Virus record (IMG/VR): IMGVR_UViG_3300023174_000039
Location: 1-64,000 of that record
DNA: 64,000 nucleotides
Strand: one strand, 5' to 3'
A program made the position numbers and the translations under genes. Shown here in pieces: positions 19,442 to 29,347 of the stretch (position 1 is its first letter; each line of letters opens with the position of its first letter). Below the pieces are notes generated by a model. That model saw only the letters and a list, made by a program, of their open reading frames with translations, was not told where the DNA came from and ran no database searches.

Positions 19442-19734
19442 TGGCTATTCAAGTAATTAAGGACACAGCAGGTAATGTATTGTGGACCACAGACAAGGCT
19501 GAAATCAATTCAGAAAGTAGTAATGTTACCTATCAAGTATTTGCTACTGCCTTGGGCACAGCCAATGCTGTAGGCAATTTATATGCCGCCGCAGTATCTG
19601 TGCCCAACGGAACCACAAAAGAAATTTACGTAGGCGCAGGTAACTATTTGATTCTGACTGGTACAAATTTTACTGCTGTTGCATTGGGCACAGCAAGTTC
19701 TGCACAAAGTGGTGTAATTGGCGGCGGCAGCTGA
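19441..19734 (+). CDS. Small beta-rich virion protein (hypothetical)
   Basis: A/G/T/V-rich 97-aa ORF coupled within the late operon. Confidence 0.65.
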   Translation: MAIQVIKDTAGNVLWTTDKAEINSESSNVTYQVFATALGTANAVGNLYAAAVSVPNGTTKEIYVGAGNYLILTGTNFTAVALGTASSAQSGVIGGGS

Positions 19735-20117
19735 TGAGAGCAAATGAATTTATTGTTGAAGACCGCAAGGGAAAGATTCCAGGTGGTCACGACAATGCCA
19801 TGCCAGGTGCTCACATCATGCGAGACAATGGCGGATATGATCGTATCAATCACATGAATCGTATGATGATGGCAGCAGCCATGCATGACGGCAAAAGCAA
19901 AAAAGCAATTCCTAGAGACCAAATGGATCCTGCAAGTTGGATTGAAAAATATAACTCGGCACACCCATACACCAAAGAAGAAGACAACATGATTCACGGT
20001 GCAATGAAAACCATTGGTGCAGAAAACATTCACACAGTTGGCGACCATCGTAGTTTAGAAAAACCTGATACACACAAAACCAGTCCAGTAACAGCATTCA
20101 AGGGCTACCCTAGATGA
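19734..20117 (+). CDS. Probable internal head protein, paralog A
   Basis: Starts MRANEFIVE; ends SPVTAFKGYPR. Confidence 0.65.
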   Translation: MRANEFIVEDRKGKIPGGHDNAMPGAHIMRDNGGYDRINHMNRMMMAAAMHDGKSKKAIPRDQMDPASWIEKYNSAHPYTKEEDNMIHGAMKTIGAENIHTVGDHRSLEKPDTHKTSPVTAFKGYPR

Positions 20118-20500
20118 GAGCCCGTGAGTTCTTAACTGAACAATCAACTTTGCCTCCCGAGCAGGCAGACCCCATGCGTTACACTTATGTAATTCCAGGA
20201 CTCAGTGCCGCTGATCCTTATCGCAATTATAGATTTGGAGTGGCACTTGCACGAGCACGTAGCAATGCAGGCACAGATGGTCTCACTGATAAGTTGCCTG
20301 AATGGTCACCAGAAACAGCATTTGGCGAACACGGTGTAGTAGAAGGTATGGCTGCTAACATTGCTGAAATTATTGACCAAGCATTGGCCATGACCAATAC
20401 CCCAGGCGGAAAGCAACTGGTTTCGACCCCCACAAGCACAGAACCTACATTTGTGGACACCCAAAGTCCAGTAAAGCCATTTAAAGGCTATCCACGCTGA
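20114..20500 (+). CDS. Probable internal head protein, paralog B
   Basis: Starts MRAREFLTE; ends SPVKPFKGYPR. Confidence 0.65.
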   Translation: MRAREFLTEQSTLPPEQADPMRYTYVIPGLSAADPYRNYRFGVALARARSNAGTDGLTDKLPEWSPETAFGEHGVVEGMAANIAEIIDQALAMTNTPGGKQLVSTPTSTEPTFVDTQSPVKPFKGYPR

Positions 20501-20521
20501 CCCAGGGCAACTAAATACCCA

Positions 20522-21337
20522 ATGAAAAAACTTTTAATTGTGCTGTTGCTAGCAGCCTCTAGTCTAGCACAAGCGTGGGAACAACGTGCCCCATTACCCC
20601 CTCAAGCCTGTGCTGTACACAGCCCGTATGGATTTGCACAAACACAACGAGCCGCACAACCCATCTGCCGTGAAGCATATTTTGTGGCCTACGATGCTCC
20701 TGTAAAGATTCCTGTGTATGTTGCTTACACACTAACACCCCCTAATGCACTAGGTTGTTTCCCTCGCACTAACGCATTTGTTGCTGACCGTTCAGTGCCT
20801 AATGGTGCCAGGCCAGATGACTATGCTGGCACAGGTTATGACAAAGGCCATGCCGCTCCAGATGGCGACCTGAGTTGGAGTGAACAAGTTGAATATGAAT
20901 CATTCCTAATGACCAACATGTATCCACAACATGGCAGTTTGAATCGTGGTGTTTGGAAACTGTTAGAAACATCAGTACGTGGATGGGCAGTACAACGCAA
21001 CCAACCTTACACAATTTATGTAGGTGCAATGTATGCTCCTAATGATCCTACTATTGGTGCAGGAGTAATTGTTCCACATGGTTACTATAAAATTGTAATC
21101 AATAACACCACTCACGAAATTGCTGGTTGGAGTTTTCCGCATACAAAACCCTACGTTAACCTGGGCAACGACTTGACCAAGTTTAGATTACCTGTTAGTC
21201 AAATTCAAACAATGGCCAGTGTAGCACACAAGTTTCCTGTTAACGCAAAGGAATTGCCACCAGGTGCTGAATGGCCAGTAGACTACGGTGCATTGACCAA
21301 CGCTAAACGTGCCAAGTGCGGCAAGAACGCAGAATAA
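20522..21337 (+). CDS. DNA/RNA non-specific endonuclease (NucA/EndoG family) with Sec signal peptide
   Basis: YDKGHAAP, TNMYPQ..SLNRGVWK..E and VPHGYYK; MKKLLIVLLLAASSLAQA signal peptide; TAAATA 20512-20517. Confidence 0.92.
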   Translation: MKKLLIVLLLAASSLAQAWEQRAPLPPQACAVHSPYGFAQTQRAAQPICREAYFVAYDAPVKIPVYVAYTLTPPNALGCFPRTNAFVADRSVPNGARPDDYAGTGYDKGHAAPDGDLSWSEQVEYESFLMTNMYPQHGSLNRGVWKLLETSVRGWAVQRNQPYTIYVGAMYAPNDPTIGAGVIVPHGYYKIVINNTTHEIAGWSFPHTKPYVNLGNDLTKFRLPVSQIQTMASVAHKFPVNAKELPPGAEWPVDYGALTNAKRAKCGKNAE

Positions 21338-21370
21338 TTGACCCCTGGTATCAGGCATGTAAATAACTGC

Positions 21371-22516
21371 ATGTCTGATACTTTCTATTGTGCCGCACCT
21401 TGGCGTGGCCTACACATAAATCCCCGTGGTGATGTTAAAACTTGTTGTGCAGGCGATCCCAACATGCTGGGCAACTTGAACACCAACAACATTATTGAAA
21501 TACTCAACGGAGATCTACTGCAAGAAATTCGCGGTAGCATTGCACAAGGCAAGCCACACAAGTATTGCTCTAACTGCGTACAAGCCGAACGCTTTGGTGC
21601 CGACTCAGAACGCAAATGGCACAACGATCAGAACCAAGATTTAGATTATACGACTGCCGGATCACTGTACCACTATCCTGTTATAGTGGACGTGAGATGG
21701 AATACCACCTGTAACCTTTCATGTAACTACTGTAGTGAATGGGCCAGTTCAAAATGGTCCGCACTCAAAGGTATTCCATTCAAGTCCGGCAGTCGTCCCT
21801 ATTATGATGATGTGTGTGACTTCATTGCGGCGCATCACGAGCACATTCGAGATGTAGCACTTGTGGGCGGTGAGCCCTTGCTGTTACCAGAAAACGAACG
21901 ACTACTAGATGTCATTCCAGAAGATTGTACAGTAACCATCATTACCAACATGAATGTGGATCTTGACCGAAACAAGATCTTCAAGAAACTAGCACAACGT
22001 AAGAAAGTTGGCTGGAGCATGAGCTTTGACAACATTGACGACCGCTTTGAATATGTGCGATATGGCGGCGAGTGGTTACAAGTTGAAAACAACATTGCTA
22101 TAGTCAAAGATTTGTTTTCAAAAGGACACTGGGGCGGCATACATGCAGTGTACAACATCTACAATGCCACACGCATTACAGAATTCCGTGAATGGGCTGT
22201 GGCACGAGGTGTAACTGTACTCTGGCAAAACCTGTTTCAACCTGACTACCTTGATCCATTCTTGCATGGACCTGAAGTTGCTGAACTGGCAGCCGCCGAA
22301 ATTGAGCGATTCTATGCAACAGGACTTGCAACAGATGCAGAGCGCATGTTCTTTGACAATGCATTAAACACTTATCGTAATGTTAAACAAGAACGCCCAG
22401 GCATCACCGCCAAATTTAAACAACACATTGCAGAAATTGAAACAAAATATCATCCAGACAAGTCAGGTGAGTTTGTGAGATGCTGGCCTGAACTTGCGGC
22501 ATTATTAGATAATTAA
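21371..22516 (+). CDS. Radical SAM protein with N-terminal twitch-type Cys domain
   Basis: CAAPW..TCC..CSNC, CNLSCNYC and GGEPL; start at MSDTFYC, 5 nt after TAAATA. Confidence 0.9.
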   Translation: MSDTFYCAAPWRGLHINPRGDVKTCCAGDPNMLGNLNTNNIIEILNGDLLQEIRGSIAQGKPHKYCSNCVQAERFGADSERKWHNDQNQDLDYTTAGSLYHYPVIVDVRWNTTCNLSCNYCSEWASSKWSALKGIPFKSGSRPYYDDVCDFIAAHHEHIRDVALVGGEPLLLPENERLLDVIPEDCTVTIITNMNVDLDRNKIFKKLAQRKKVGWSMSFDNIDDRFEYVRYGGEWLQVENNIAIVKDLFSKGHWGGIHAVYNIYNATRITEFREWAVARGVTVLWQNLFQPDYLDPFLHGPEVAELAAAEIERFYATGLATDAERMFFDNALNTYRNVKQERPGITAKFKQHIAEIETKYHPDKSGEFVRCWPELAALLDN

Positions 22517-22520
22517 TAGC

Positions 22521-24101
22521 ATGGCTATCAGTCCAGAAACAGTACTAGTCAAAGCACCACACCGCAGAGAAACATTCACTGAAGACCAGTTAATGGAGTT
22601 CATGCAGTGTGCTGATTCTGTGGATGGCCCGTTGTTCTTCATGGACAACTTCTTTTATATCCAGCACCCCACACGCGGTAAGATGTTGTACCATCCGTTT
22701 GATTATCAGAAAAAGTTAATTTACACCTACCACAACTATCGCTATTCAATTTCGTTAATGCCTCGACAAACTGGCAAGTCAACTTCGGCAGCTGGTTACT
22801 TGTTATGGTATGCAATGTTTGTACCAGACTCAACTATTCTAATCGCCGCTCACAAGTATACAGGTGCACAGGAAATTATGCAACGTATTCGCTATGCCTA
22901 TGAGCTGTGCCCTAACCATATACGAGCAGGTGTAACCAGTTACAACAAAGGATCTATAGACTTTGACAACGGGTCACGTATTGTATCGCAAACAACAACA
23001 GAAACAACAGGCCGAGGTATGTCTATCTCGCTACTATACTCGGATGAGTTTGCATTCGTACGCCCTACCATTGCCAAAGAGTTTTGGACTTCCATCAGCC
23101 CCACATTAGCAACTGGTGGTAAAGCCATTATTACAAGTACCCCCAACTCAGACGAAGATCAGTTTGCTTACCTGTGGAAAGGTGCCAACAAGACCGAAGA
23201 TGAATTTGGCAACCAACGACCAAATGGCCTGGGCATAAACGGTTTCAAAGCATATCGTAGTTACTGGCGTGATCATCCTGATCGTGACGAGTCCTGGGGA
23301 GATCAGCAACGAGCACAGCTAGGTGAAGAACGTTTCCGTCGAGAGATGGATTGTGAATTTGTTATCAATGACGAAACATTGATATCTCCTATCAAACTGT
23401 TGGATATTGAAGGAGTTGAGCCCACGAGGAAAACTGGCCAAGTACGCTGGTATGCACCCATACACGCAGACAAAATATACATTGTGGCACTGGATCCCAG
23501 TTTGGGCACAGGCAGCGACCCTGCAGCCATACAAGTGTTTGAAGCAGACACCACAACACAGGTAGCTGAGTGGAGACACAATCGCACTGATGTGCCAACA
23601 CAGGTTAAAATTCTAGCAGATATTGTAAAAGAAATCAATGCAGTGGTCAAAGATGAAAGAAAAGTCTACTATTCTGTGGAGAATAACACCCTTGGCGAAG
23701 CCGCACTAATTTCCATTGCAGAGTATGGAGAAGAAAACATTCCAGGATACTTCCTTAGCGACAACTCTGTGCAGGGCACAGCAGGACGTAGAATACGCAA
23801 AGGATTCACAACCACAAACAAAAGCAAAATTGTGGCCTGCAACAAGTTCAAGATACTTGTGGAATCAGATCGCATGAAACTACACTCAAAGCCCTTGATT
23901 TCTGAACTCAAAACATTTGTAGCCATGGGCTCAAGCTACGCCGCCAAACCAGGAGAGACAGATGATCTTGTAATGAGCAGTTTGCTAGCAGTACGCATGC
24001 TCATGCTGTTGCAAACATATCACGCAGACCTAAACACACACCTTAAAGATCACGCAGACAATCAAATTGAACCTATGCCTTTTGTGGCTCTTCTTAGATA
24101 A
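22521..24101 (+). CDS. terL: Terminase large subunit (T4 gp17-like)
   Basis: PRQTGKST Walker A, LLYSDEFAF Walker B, ITSTPN, ALDPSLG and DDLVM. Confidence 0.97.
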   Translation: MAISPETVLVKAPHRRETFTEDQLMEFMQCADSVDGPLFFMDNFFYIQHPTRGKMLYHPFDYQKKLIYTYHNYRYSISLMPRQTGKSTSAAGYLLWYAMFVPDSTILIAAHKYTGAQEIMQRIRYAYELCPNHIRAGVTSYNKGSIDFDNGSRIVSQTTTETTGRGMSISLLYSDEFAFVRPTIAKEFWTSISPTLATGGKAIITSTPNSDEDQFAYLWKGANKTEDEFGNQRPNGLGINGFKAYRSYWRDHPDRDESWGDQQRAQLGEERFRREMDCEFVINDETLISPIKLLDIEGVEPTRKTGQVRWYAPIHADKIYIVALDPSLGTGSDPAAIQVFEADTTTQVAEWRHNRTDVPTQVKILADIVKEINAVVKDERKVYYSVENNTLGEAALISIAEYGEENIPGYFLSDNSVQGTAGRRIRKGFTTTNKSKIVACNKFKILVESDRMKLHSKPLISELKTFVAMGSSYAAKPGETDDLVMSSLLAVRMLMLLQTYHADLNTHLKDHADNQIEPMPFVALLR

Positions 24102-24140
24102 TATACTATTTATTGCTATACTATACTATTTATTGCTATG
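24102..24140 (+). repeat. Imperfect tandem duplication TATACTATTT(T)ATTGCTAT x2
   Basis: Copies at 24102-24119 and 24122-24140, at the left edge of the HNH gene. Confidence 0.8.
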
Positions 24141-24156
24141 TCTGATAAATACTAGT

Positions 24157-24792
24157 ATGTTCATAGAAAACAAATATACATTGTGGTACTACAATATTAT
24201 TAACAACGCCCGTGCAAGAAAGGCTACAGGTTATGTTGAGAAGCATCATATTGTTCCTAAGAGTCTTGGTGGAACTAATAGCAATGAAAACCTTGTAGAA
24301 TTAACAGCAAGAGAACATTTTATATGTCATTATCTTCTGACAAAAATGACAATTGGATTAGAAAAACGGAGTATGTGGCATGCAACATGGGCTATGGCAA
24401 ATTTACATAATACAACTACACAGCAACGATATAAAATAACATCAAGAATATACGAAGTGATTAAAAAGAATAATGCAACTGCATTGTCTGAATCTAATAG
24501 AGGCAAACCGAGCAAGCACAAAGGTAGAAGGCTCACACCCGAATGGAGGGAAAAAATTAGTAAAACTCTTAGTGGCACCAAACCTAGCGCCGAACGCAAT
24601 CTTAAAGTAAGTCAAGCACTAACTGGAAAGAAAAGGCCACAAAGATCTGCAGAATGGATGAATAATCTAAAGTCATCTATTAATGATAGTAAAACAACTT
24701 GTGAGCATTGTGGAAAAACAATTATTAAGGCTGCCTATACACGATGGCACGGAGATAAATGTCATACTAGGCAGACTACAACATTAGACTAA
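24157..24792 (+). mobile_element. Free-standing HNH homing endonuclease with NUMOD3-like repeats
   Basis: EKHHIVPKSLGG..NLVELTAREHFICH, basic repeats (EWREKISKTLSG) and C-terminal CEHC; AT-rich relative to its flanks. Confidence 0.85.
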
Positions 24793-24802
24793 ATATACAA
24801 CT

Positions 24803-26770
24803 ATGGCACAAGAACTCAATTTTGAACAAAAACTAGCCGATTTGCTGGACACCCGCGATTTTCAAGCTGAAACCACAGGAAAAGATGGCCGCCCGTGCGA
24901 TACCGATAAGGCCAAAGTGTTTACTTTTGACTATGTATCGCAGTCAGGTAAAAATTACGGTACCATGGTTATAGTAGCAGGATCCAAAGACAATCCTACT
25001 GAAATGCTGATCATGTATGGTGACAATCTTGGCAAGACCATGGAGAGCCCCGAAGACCGCAACGACTTTTTTGAGTTCCAACAACAGTTAATGGCACTGT
25101 GCCACCGAAACAGATGGACCGGCACCATGATGGACATTAGCAAACTACACCAGGTGCGGGCATCCTTAAAGGCCTTGACTGAAGGCTTGTTTGAAGGCTA
25201 TTACGGAAACAAGCGTACCAGCTACAGTGGTGAGCCCACAGAAGCACGACTGGTAATTAACCATAATCGTGTGCTAGGTGAAAACGACAAACGCTATCGC
25301 TATGTGGAAAGTTTGTTTATTGAAACTGCTGATCGTGAACGTTTTAAATTACAATTTACAAATCTAGCAGGCGGCCGTGCCATGCTAGAACATGTGCGAC
25401 AAGGCGGCAAGCCCTACGATATTCGTGGCAGCCATATTAATAATATGGTAACCGAAATGAAAGTGTTAAACCGTTTCAATCGTGCCAGTCAAGGACGTGT
25501 GATGGAAGGTGTCACACAAGAGATTACAGAACAAGCTCAATCATACTATCAAAGTCTACGTGAAAGTGTCAAACGCATGGGCACACCACGTGGGTATGCC
25601 CACTACTTTGAGTCTTGGCATCCTGCTGAAATTGGTGCGCAAGAAGAACTGGTAGAAAACATCAAAACAATGTTTATTGAACAAACATTGGACTCACGAA
25701 TCGAAGAGGCTCTGCCACTATTGGCTCGTATACAACAACAAGGAAATGCTATGAGAGAAGCAGATATATTTGAATCGTGGATCAACAACTTGGCCGAAGG
25801 CACGTGGGAATTACCCGAAACGTCCAAACAAGTAAACAAGCTCAAAGAGTTGCTGAGCAAAGACTTGATTGTAGGTCCAGATGCAACCAATGCCAGAGAA
25901 CTGTTAGGCGGCATAGTTGGCGATGACATCTTGTTTGATCGTTTAGATGCATTAGCCAAGCAAGATGCTGATGCTAATGCCTGGAATGATACCGAAGTTA
26001 TGGCTCGTTTGGAAGAACTAGGCATTGACACAAGCCCACAAGAGCCAGCTGGTGTATTACCAGATGATGGCACAGAACCAGGTATCCAGCCTGAACAACC
26101 AGTGGCACCCACACAGGACATGCCTGAAGAACCTGAAATGGCTCCTGTAAGCGAAGCAGTTGAAAGTCTCAATGCCATGCGCAAGGCAGCCGGATTGCCT
26201 GTTGCAGAAAGTCGTGACCACGCAGGCAGTGAATACATTGACGAACTAGTGGGCAAGATTCTGGCACTAGAAAAGCCAGGTATGAGCACCAACAGCGACA
26301 ACGATGATTTCTACAAAGCTGTGTACGACGAATTAATTGAAATAGGTATGACTCCAAAAGCAGCTCGTTACAAAATCAACTATGACGAAGACTTTATAAG
26401 CGATGTAGCGTCAGCTTACCACCATTTCAGTAGTCATCCCGAAGTTGACGAAGGTGCGGCAGTTGATGCGTTCATGGTAGGTAAAAGCCCAGCGGTTGCA
26501 CATTTTGCCGACCAATTGGACAAGAGTGCAGAAAAATCAGTAGCTGAATGCAATTACACCATGGAAGGTGAATACTGTCCAGAACATGGACTTGCCGAAT
26601 GCGGTGGCATGTATGAAATGGGCACTGTGGCAGGCAGCATGGCTCCTGTCATGGGCGAAGGAAATGACGATCCCATGAACAGCAACAGTGCTATTACTGG
26701 TGCCTACTATGAAAGCAAGGACGGCGACGCATTGCTAGCCAGAATCAAATCTCTAGCCTTGGTGAAATAA
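24803..26770 (+). CDS. Large acidic virion/prohead core-like protein
   Basis: TAAATA 24790-24795; multiple LTE/LFE/LAE/VAE sites; acidic low-complexity C-terminal half. Confidence 0.6.
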   Translation: MAQELNFEQKLADLLDTRDFQAETTGKDGRPCDTDKAKVFTFDYVSQSGKNYGTMVIVAGSKDNPTEMLIMYGDNLGKTMESPEDRNDFFEFQQQLMALCHRNRWTGTMMDISKLHQVRASLKALTEGLFEGYYGNKRTSYSGEPTEARLVINHNRVLGENDKRYRYVESLFIETADRERFKLQFTNLAGGRAMLEHVRQGGKPYDIRGSHINNMVTEMKVLNRFNRASQGRVMEGVTQEITEQAQSYYQSLRESVKRMGTPRGYAHYFESWHPAEIGAQEELVENIKTMFIEQTLDSRIEEALPLLARIQQQGNAMREADIFESWINNLAEGTWELPETSKQVNKLKELLSKDLIVGPDATNARELLGGIVGDDILFDRLDALAKQDADANAWNDTEVMARLEELGIDTSPQEPAGVLPDDGTEPGIQPEQPVAPTQDMPEEPEMAPVSEAVESLNAMRKAAGLPVAESRDHAGSEYIDELVGKILALEKPGMSTNSDNDDFYKAVYDELIEIGMTPKAARYKINYDEDFISDVASAYHHFSSHPEVDEGAAVDAFMVGKSPAVAHFADQLDKSAEKSVAECNYTMEGEYCPEHGLAECGGMYEMGTVAGSMAPVMGEGNDDPMNSNSAITGAYYESKDGDALLARIKSLALVK

Positions 26771-26787
26771 TTTACCATTCTCTAAAG

Positions 26788-26812
26788 AGCCCGGCCTAGT
26801 CGGGCTTTTTTA
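26788..26812 (+). terminator. Rho-independent terminator
   Basis: AGCCCGG-CCTAG-TCGGGCT followed by a T run. Confidence 0.85.
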
Positions 26813-26849
26813 TGGCTGACAAGAAAGGCAAAAGTCTTGCCATTTGCTA

Positions 26850-26878
26850 TTGCGATGCTAAATACATTCGTATACAAT
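26850..26878 (+). promoter_or_regulatory. Nested sigma70-type and late promoters for the SSB gene
   Basis: TTGCGA-N17-TACAAT with TAAATA (26859-26864) inside the spacer. Confidence 0.6.
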
Positions 26879-26958
26879 ACAACTTGTATGCACAGGCAAC
26901 ACACATCTAAGTTTTTAGATAGGCATATTACATAGGCAACTTAACAAGGAGAAACACT

Positions 26959-27963
26959 ATGGCATCATTAGCAGAAATCAGAGCACGACTACAGGCAGCA
27001 GAAGGCAACAAAGGCGGACAAGGTTCGCAAGGTGGCGGAGACAAATCGATCTATCCACACTGGAACATGGAAGAAGGCCAATCGGCTACACTACGCTTCC
27101 TCCCTGATAGTAACACAAAAAACACATTCTTCTGGCAAGAACGAGCAATGATTCGTTTGCCTTTCAACGGTATCAAGGGAGAAATGGAATCTAAACAGGT
27201 CATGGTACAAGTACCCTGTGTTGAGATGTGGGGCGACGCTTGCCCAATCTTGGCAGAAGTACGTACATGGTTCAAGGACAAGAGTCTTGAAGACATGGGT
27301 CGTAAGTACTGGAAAAAACGCAGTTACATTTTCCAAGGCTTTGTTCGCGAGAACCCAATTGCTGACGACAAGACTCCGGACAATCCTATTCGCCGATTCA
27401 TCATTGGTCCTCAATTGTTCACGCTTATCAAAGGTGCGTTGATGGATCCTGAATTGGAAGAATTGCCAACAGACGCCATGCGTGGTCTGGACTTCCGTAT
27501 CACAAAAACACAAAAAGGTGGATACGCTGACTATAATACTTCAAAGTGGGCCCGTAAGGAATCTGCATTGACAGAAACTGAGCAAGCCGCAGTCGAAGCA
27601 CACGGCTTGTTTGACTTGAGCACATTCTTGCCCAAGCGTCCAACAGACGTGGAGTTGAAGGTTATCAAAGAGATGTTCGAAGCATCGGTAGATGGCCAAC
27701 CGTACGACACAGAGCGTTGGGGTCAGTACTTCCGTCCAGCAGGTGTTAACGCACCAGCAGGTGGCAACAGTGGAGTAACTGAAGACGATATTGTGGCCGC
27801 AAGTGCTCCTGTAGCCAAGGCAGCACCTGCCCCGGTAGCCGCATCACCATTTGATGATGAAGAAGAAGCGCCAGTTGCTACAGCACCAGTTGCCAAACCC
27901 GCTGCCGCCAGCGGTAATGCCCAAGATATTTTGGCCATGATTCGTGCTCGTCAGCAAAAATAA
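26959..27963 (+). CDS. gp32: Single-stranded DNA-binding protein (T4 gp32-like)
   Basis: LRFLP, CVEMWGDACPI, YWKKRSY, GLDFRI and GYADY; acidic Ala/Pro tail. Confidence 0.92.
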   Translation: MASLAEIRARLQAAEGNKGGQGSQGGGDKSIYPHWNMEEGQSATLRFLPDSNTKNTFFWQERAMIRLPFNGIKGEMESKQVMVQVPCVEMWGDACPILAEVRTWFKDKSLEDMGRKYWKKRSYIFQGFVRENPIADDKTPDNPIRRFIIGPQLFTLIKGALMDPELEELPTDAMRGLDFRITKTQKGGYADYNTSKWARKESALTETEQAAVEAHGLFDLSTFLPKRPTDVELKVIKEMFEASVDGQPYDTERWGQYFRPAGVNAPAGGNSGVTEDDIVAASAPVAKAAPAPVAASPFDDEEEAPVATAPVAKPAAASGNAQDILAMIRARQQK

Positions 27964-27976
27964 TTGACACCACATC

Positions 27977-28008
27977 ACGCAAGGGGATAACACCTCTTGC
28001 GTTTCTTT
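27977..28008 (+). terminator. Rho-independent terminator
   Basis: ACGCAAGGGG/CCTCTTGCGT stem followed by TTCTTT. Confidence 0.75.
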
Positions 28009-28025
28009 CTATACATAGGTGAATT

Positions 28026-29081
28026 ATGGGAAAACCATTTGACGTTTCAAAGTTCCGCAAGGAAATTACAAAAAGCATTGACGGCCTGAGTATTGGCTTC
28101 AATGATCCTACAGATTGGATCAGCACAGGCAATTATGCCCTAAACTATTTGATCTCTGGTGACTTCAACCGCGGCATTCCGTTGGGCAAAGTCACTGTGT
28201 TTGCTGGTGACTCGGGTGCTGGTAAATCTTACATCTGTAGTGGCAACATTGTTAAACACGCACAAGAGCAAGGCATCTTTGTGGTGTTGATTGACAGTGA
28301 GAACGCACTAGATGAAGACTGGCTCAAAGCACTAGGCGTTGACACAGGCCAGGACAAACTGCTTAAATTAAGCATGGCCATGATTGATGATGTTGCCAAA
28401 ACAATTTCCACATTCATGAGTGATTACAAAGCCTTGCCCGATGGTGAGCGTCCCAAAGTCATGTTTGTTATTGACTCCTTGGGCATGTTGTTAACACCCA
28501 CAGACGTTAATCAGTTTGATGCAGGTGAAATGAAAGGTGACTTGGGTCGCAAGCCCAAAGCACTCACAGCACTTGTTCGTAACTGTGTTAATATGTTTGG
28601 TAGCTACAATGTTGGATTGGTATGTACCAACCACACATACGCATCACAAGACATGTTTGATCCGGATGACAAGATTAGTGGCGGGCAAGGCTTTATCTAT
28701 GCCAGCTCTATTGTGGTTGCCATGAAGAAGATGAAGCTCAAAGAAGATGAAGATGGCAACAAAGTTTCAGAAGTAAACGGTATCCGTGCTGGTTGCAAAG
28801 TTATGAAAACACGTTATGCTAAACCGTTTGAAGGAGTACAAGTCAAGATCCCTTACACAACAGGTATGAGTCCTTACTCAGGGCTAGTTGACTTGATTGA
28901 AAAGAAAAACTTACTCAAACGTGAAGGCAACAGCCTTGTGTTCACTACCAGTGCAGGCGAGATTATCAAGAAGTTCCGCAAAGCATGGGAAAAGAACGAC
29001 GACGGGTGTCTTGATACTGTGATGAAAGACTTTGCAAATCAGAAGGCAGAGGTAACTACAGTCGAGGAGGAAACAGAATGA
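28026..29081 (+). CDS. uvsX: RecA-like recombinase UvsX
   Basis: ISTGNYALN, GDSGAGKS, IDSENAL, VIDSLG, TNHTY and SGGQG. Confidence 0.95.
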   Translation: MGKPFDVSKFRKEITKSIDGLSIGFNDPTDWISTGNYALNYLISGDFNRGIPLGKVTVFAGDSGAGKSYICSGNIVKHAQEQGIFVVLIDSENALDEDWLKALGVDTGQDKLLKLSMAMIDDVAKTISTFMSDYKALPDGERPKVMFVIDSLGMLLTPTDVNQFDAGEMKGDLGRKPKALTALVRNCVNMFGSYNVGLVCTNHTYASQDMFDPDDKISGGQGFIYASSIVVAMKKMKLKEDEDGNKVSEVNGIRAGCKVMKTRYAKPFEGVQVKIPYTTGMSPYSGLVDLIEKKNLLKREGNSLVFTTSAGEIIKKFRKAWEKNDDGCLDTVMKDFANQKAEVTTVEEETE

Positions 29082-29347
29082 GCGAAGTAGTAGCAAGCGA
29101 AATTTGGGGTGAACTCAAACGTTTTGTAAACACCGTGGATCGTGCAGAAGCCGCAGAAACTGTGGTACAGATCTTGATGGACAATGATTCAGATGTTGAT
29201 GATATTCGTAGTGCTTTCAAAGGTGATTCAGATATCAAACGTGCGTTGACTGCATACCTTGACAATGACAAAGACTACATCGAAGAAGAAGATGCAGAAG
29301 AAGATGAAGACTTTGACGACTTTGACAAGGACGACTGGGAAAATTAA
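29078..29347 (+). CDS. Small protein with acidic C-terminal tail
   Basis: ATGA-coupled to uvsX; ends in a D/E run. Confidence 0.8.
   Translation: MSEVVASEIWGELKRFVNTVDRAEAAETVVQILMDNDSDVDDIRSAFKGDSDIKRALTAYLDNDKDYIEEEDAEEDEDFDDFDKDDWEN

Noticed and set aside
22521-24101. Intein or intron in terL (also checked uvsX, uvsW, primase and helicase)
   Set aside because: Lengths are normal, motifs are contiguous and no splicing motifs are present
25603-26301. 232-aa antisense ORF, and similar ones such as 61265-61849 and 56493-57002
   Set aside because: Shadows of plus-strand genes with biased codon use; no RBS, promoter or protein motifs
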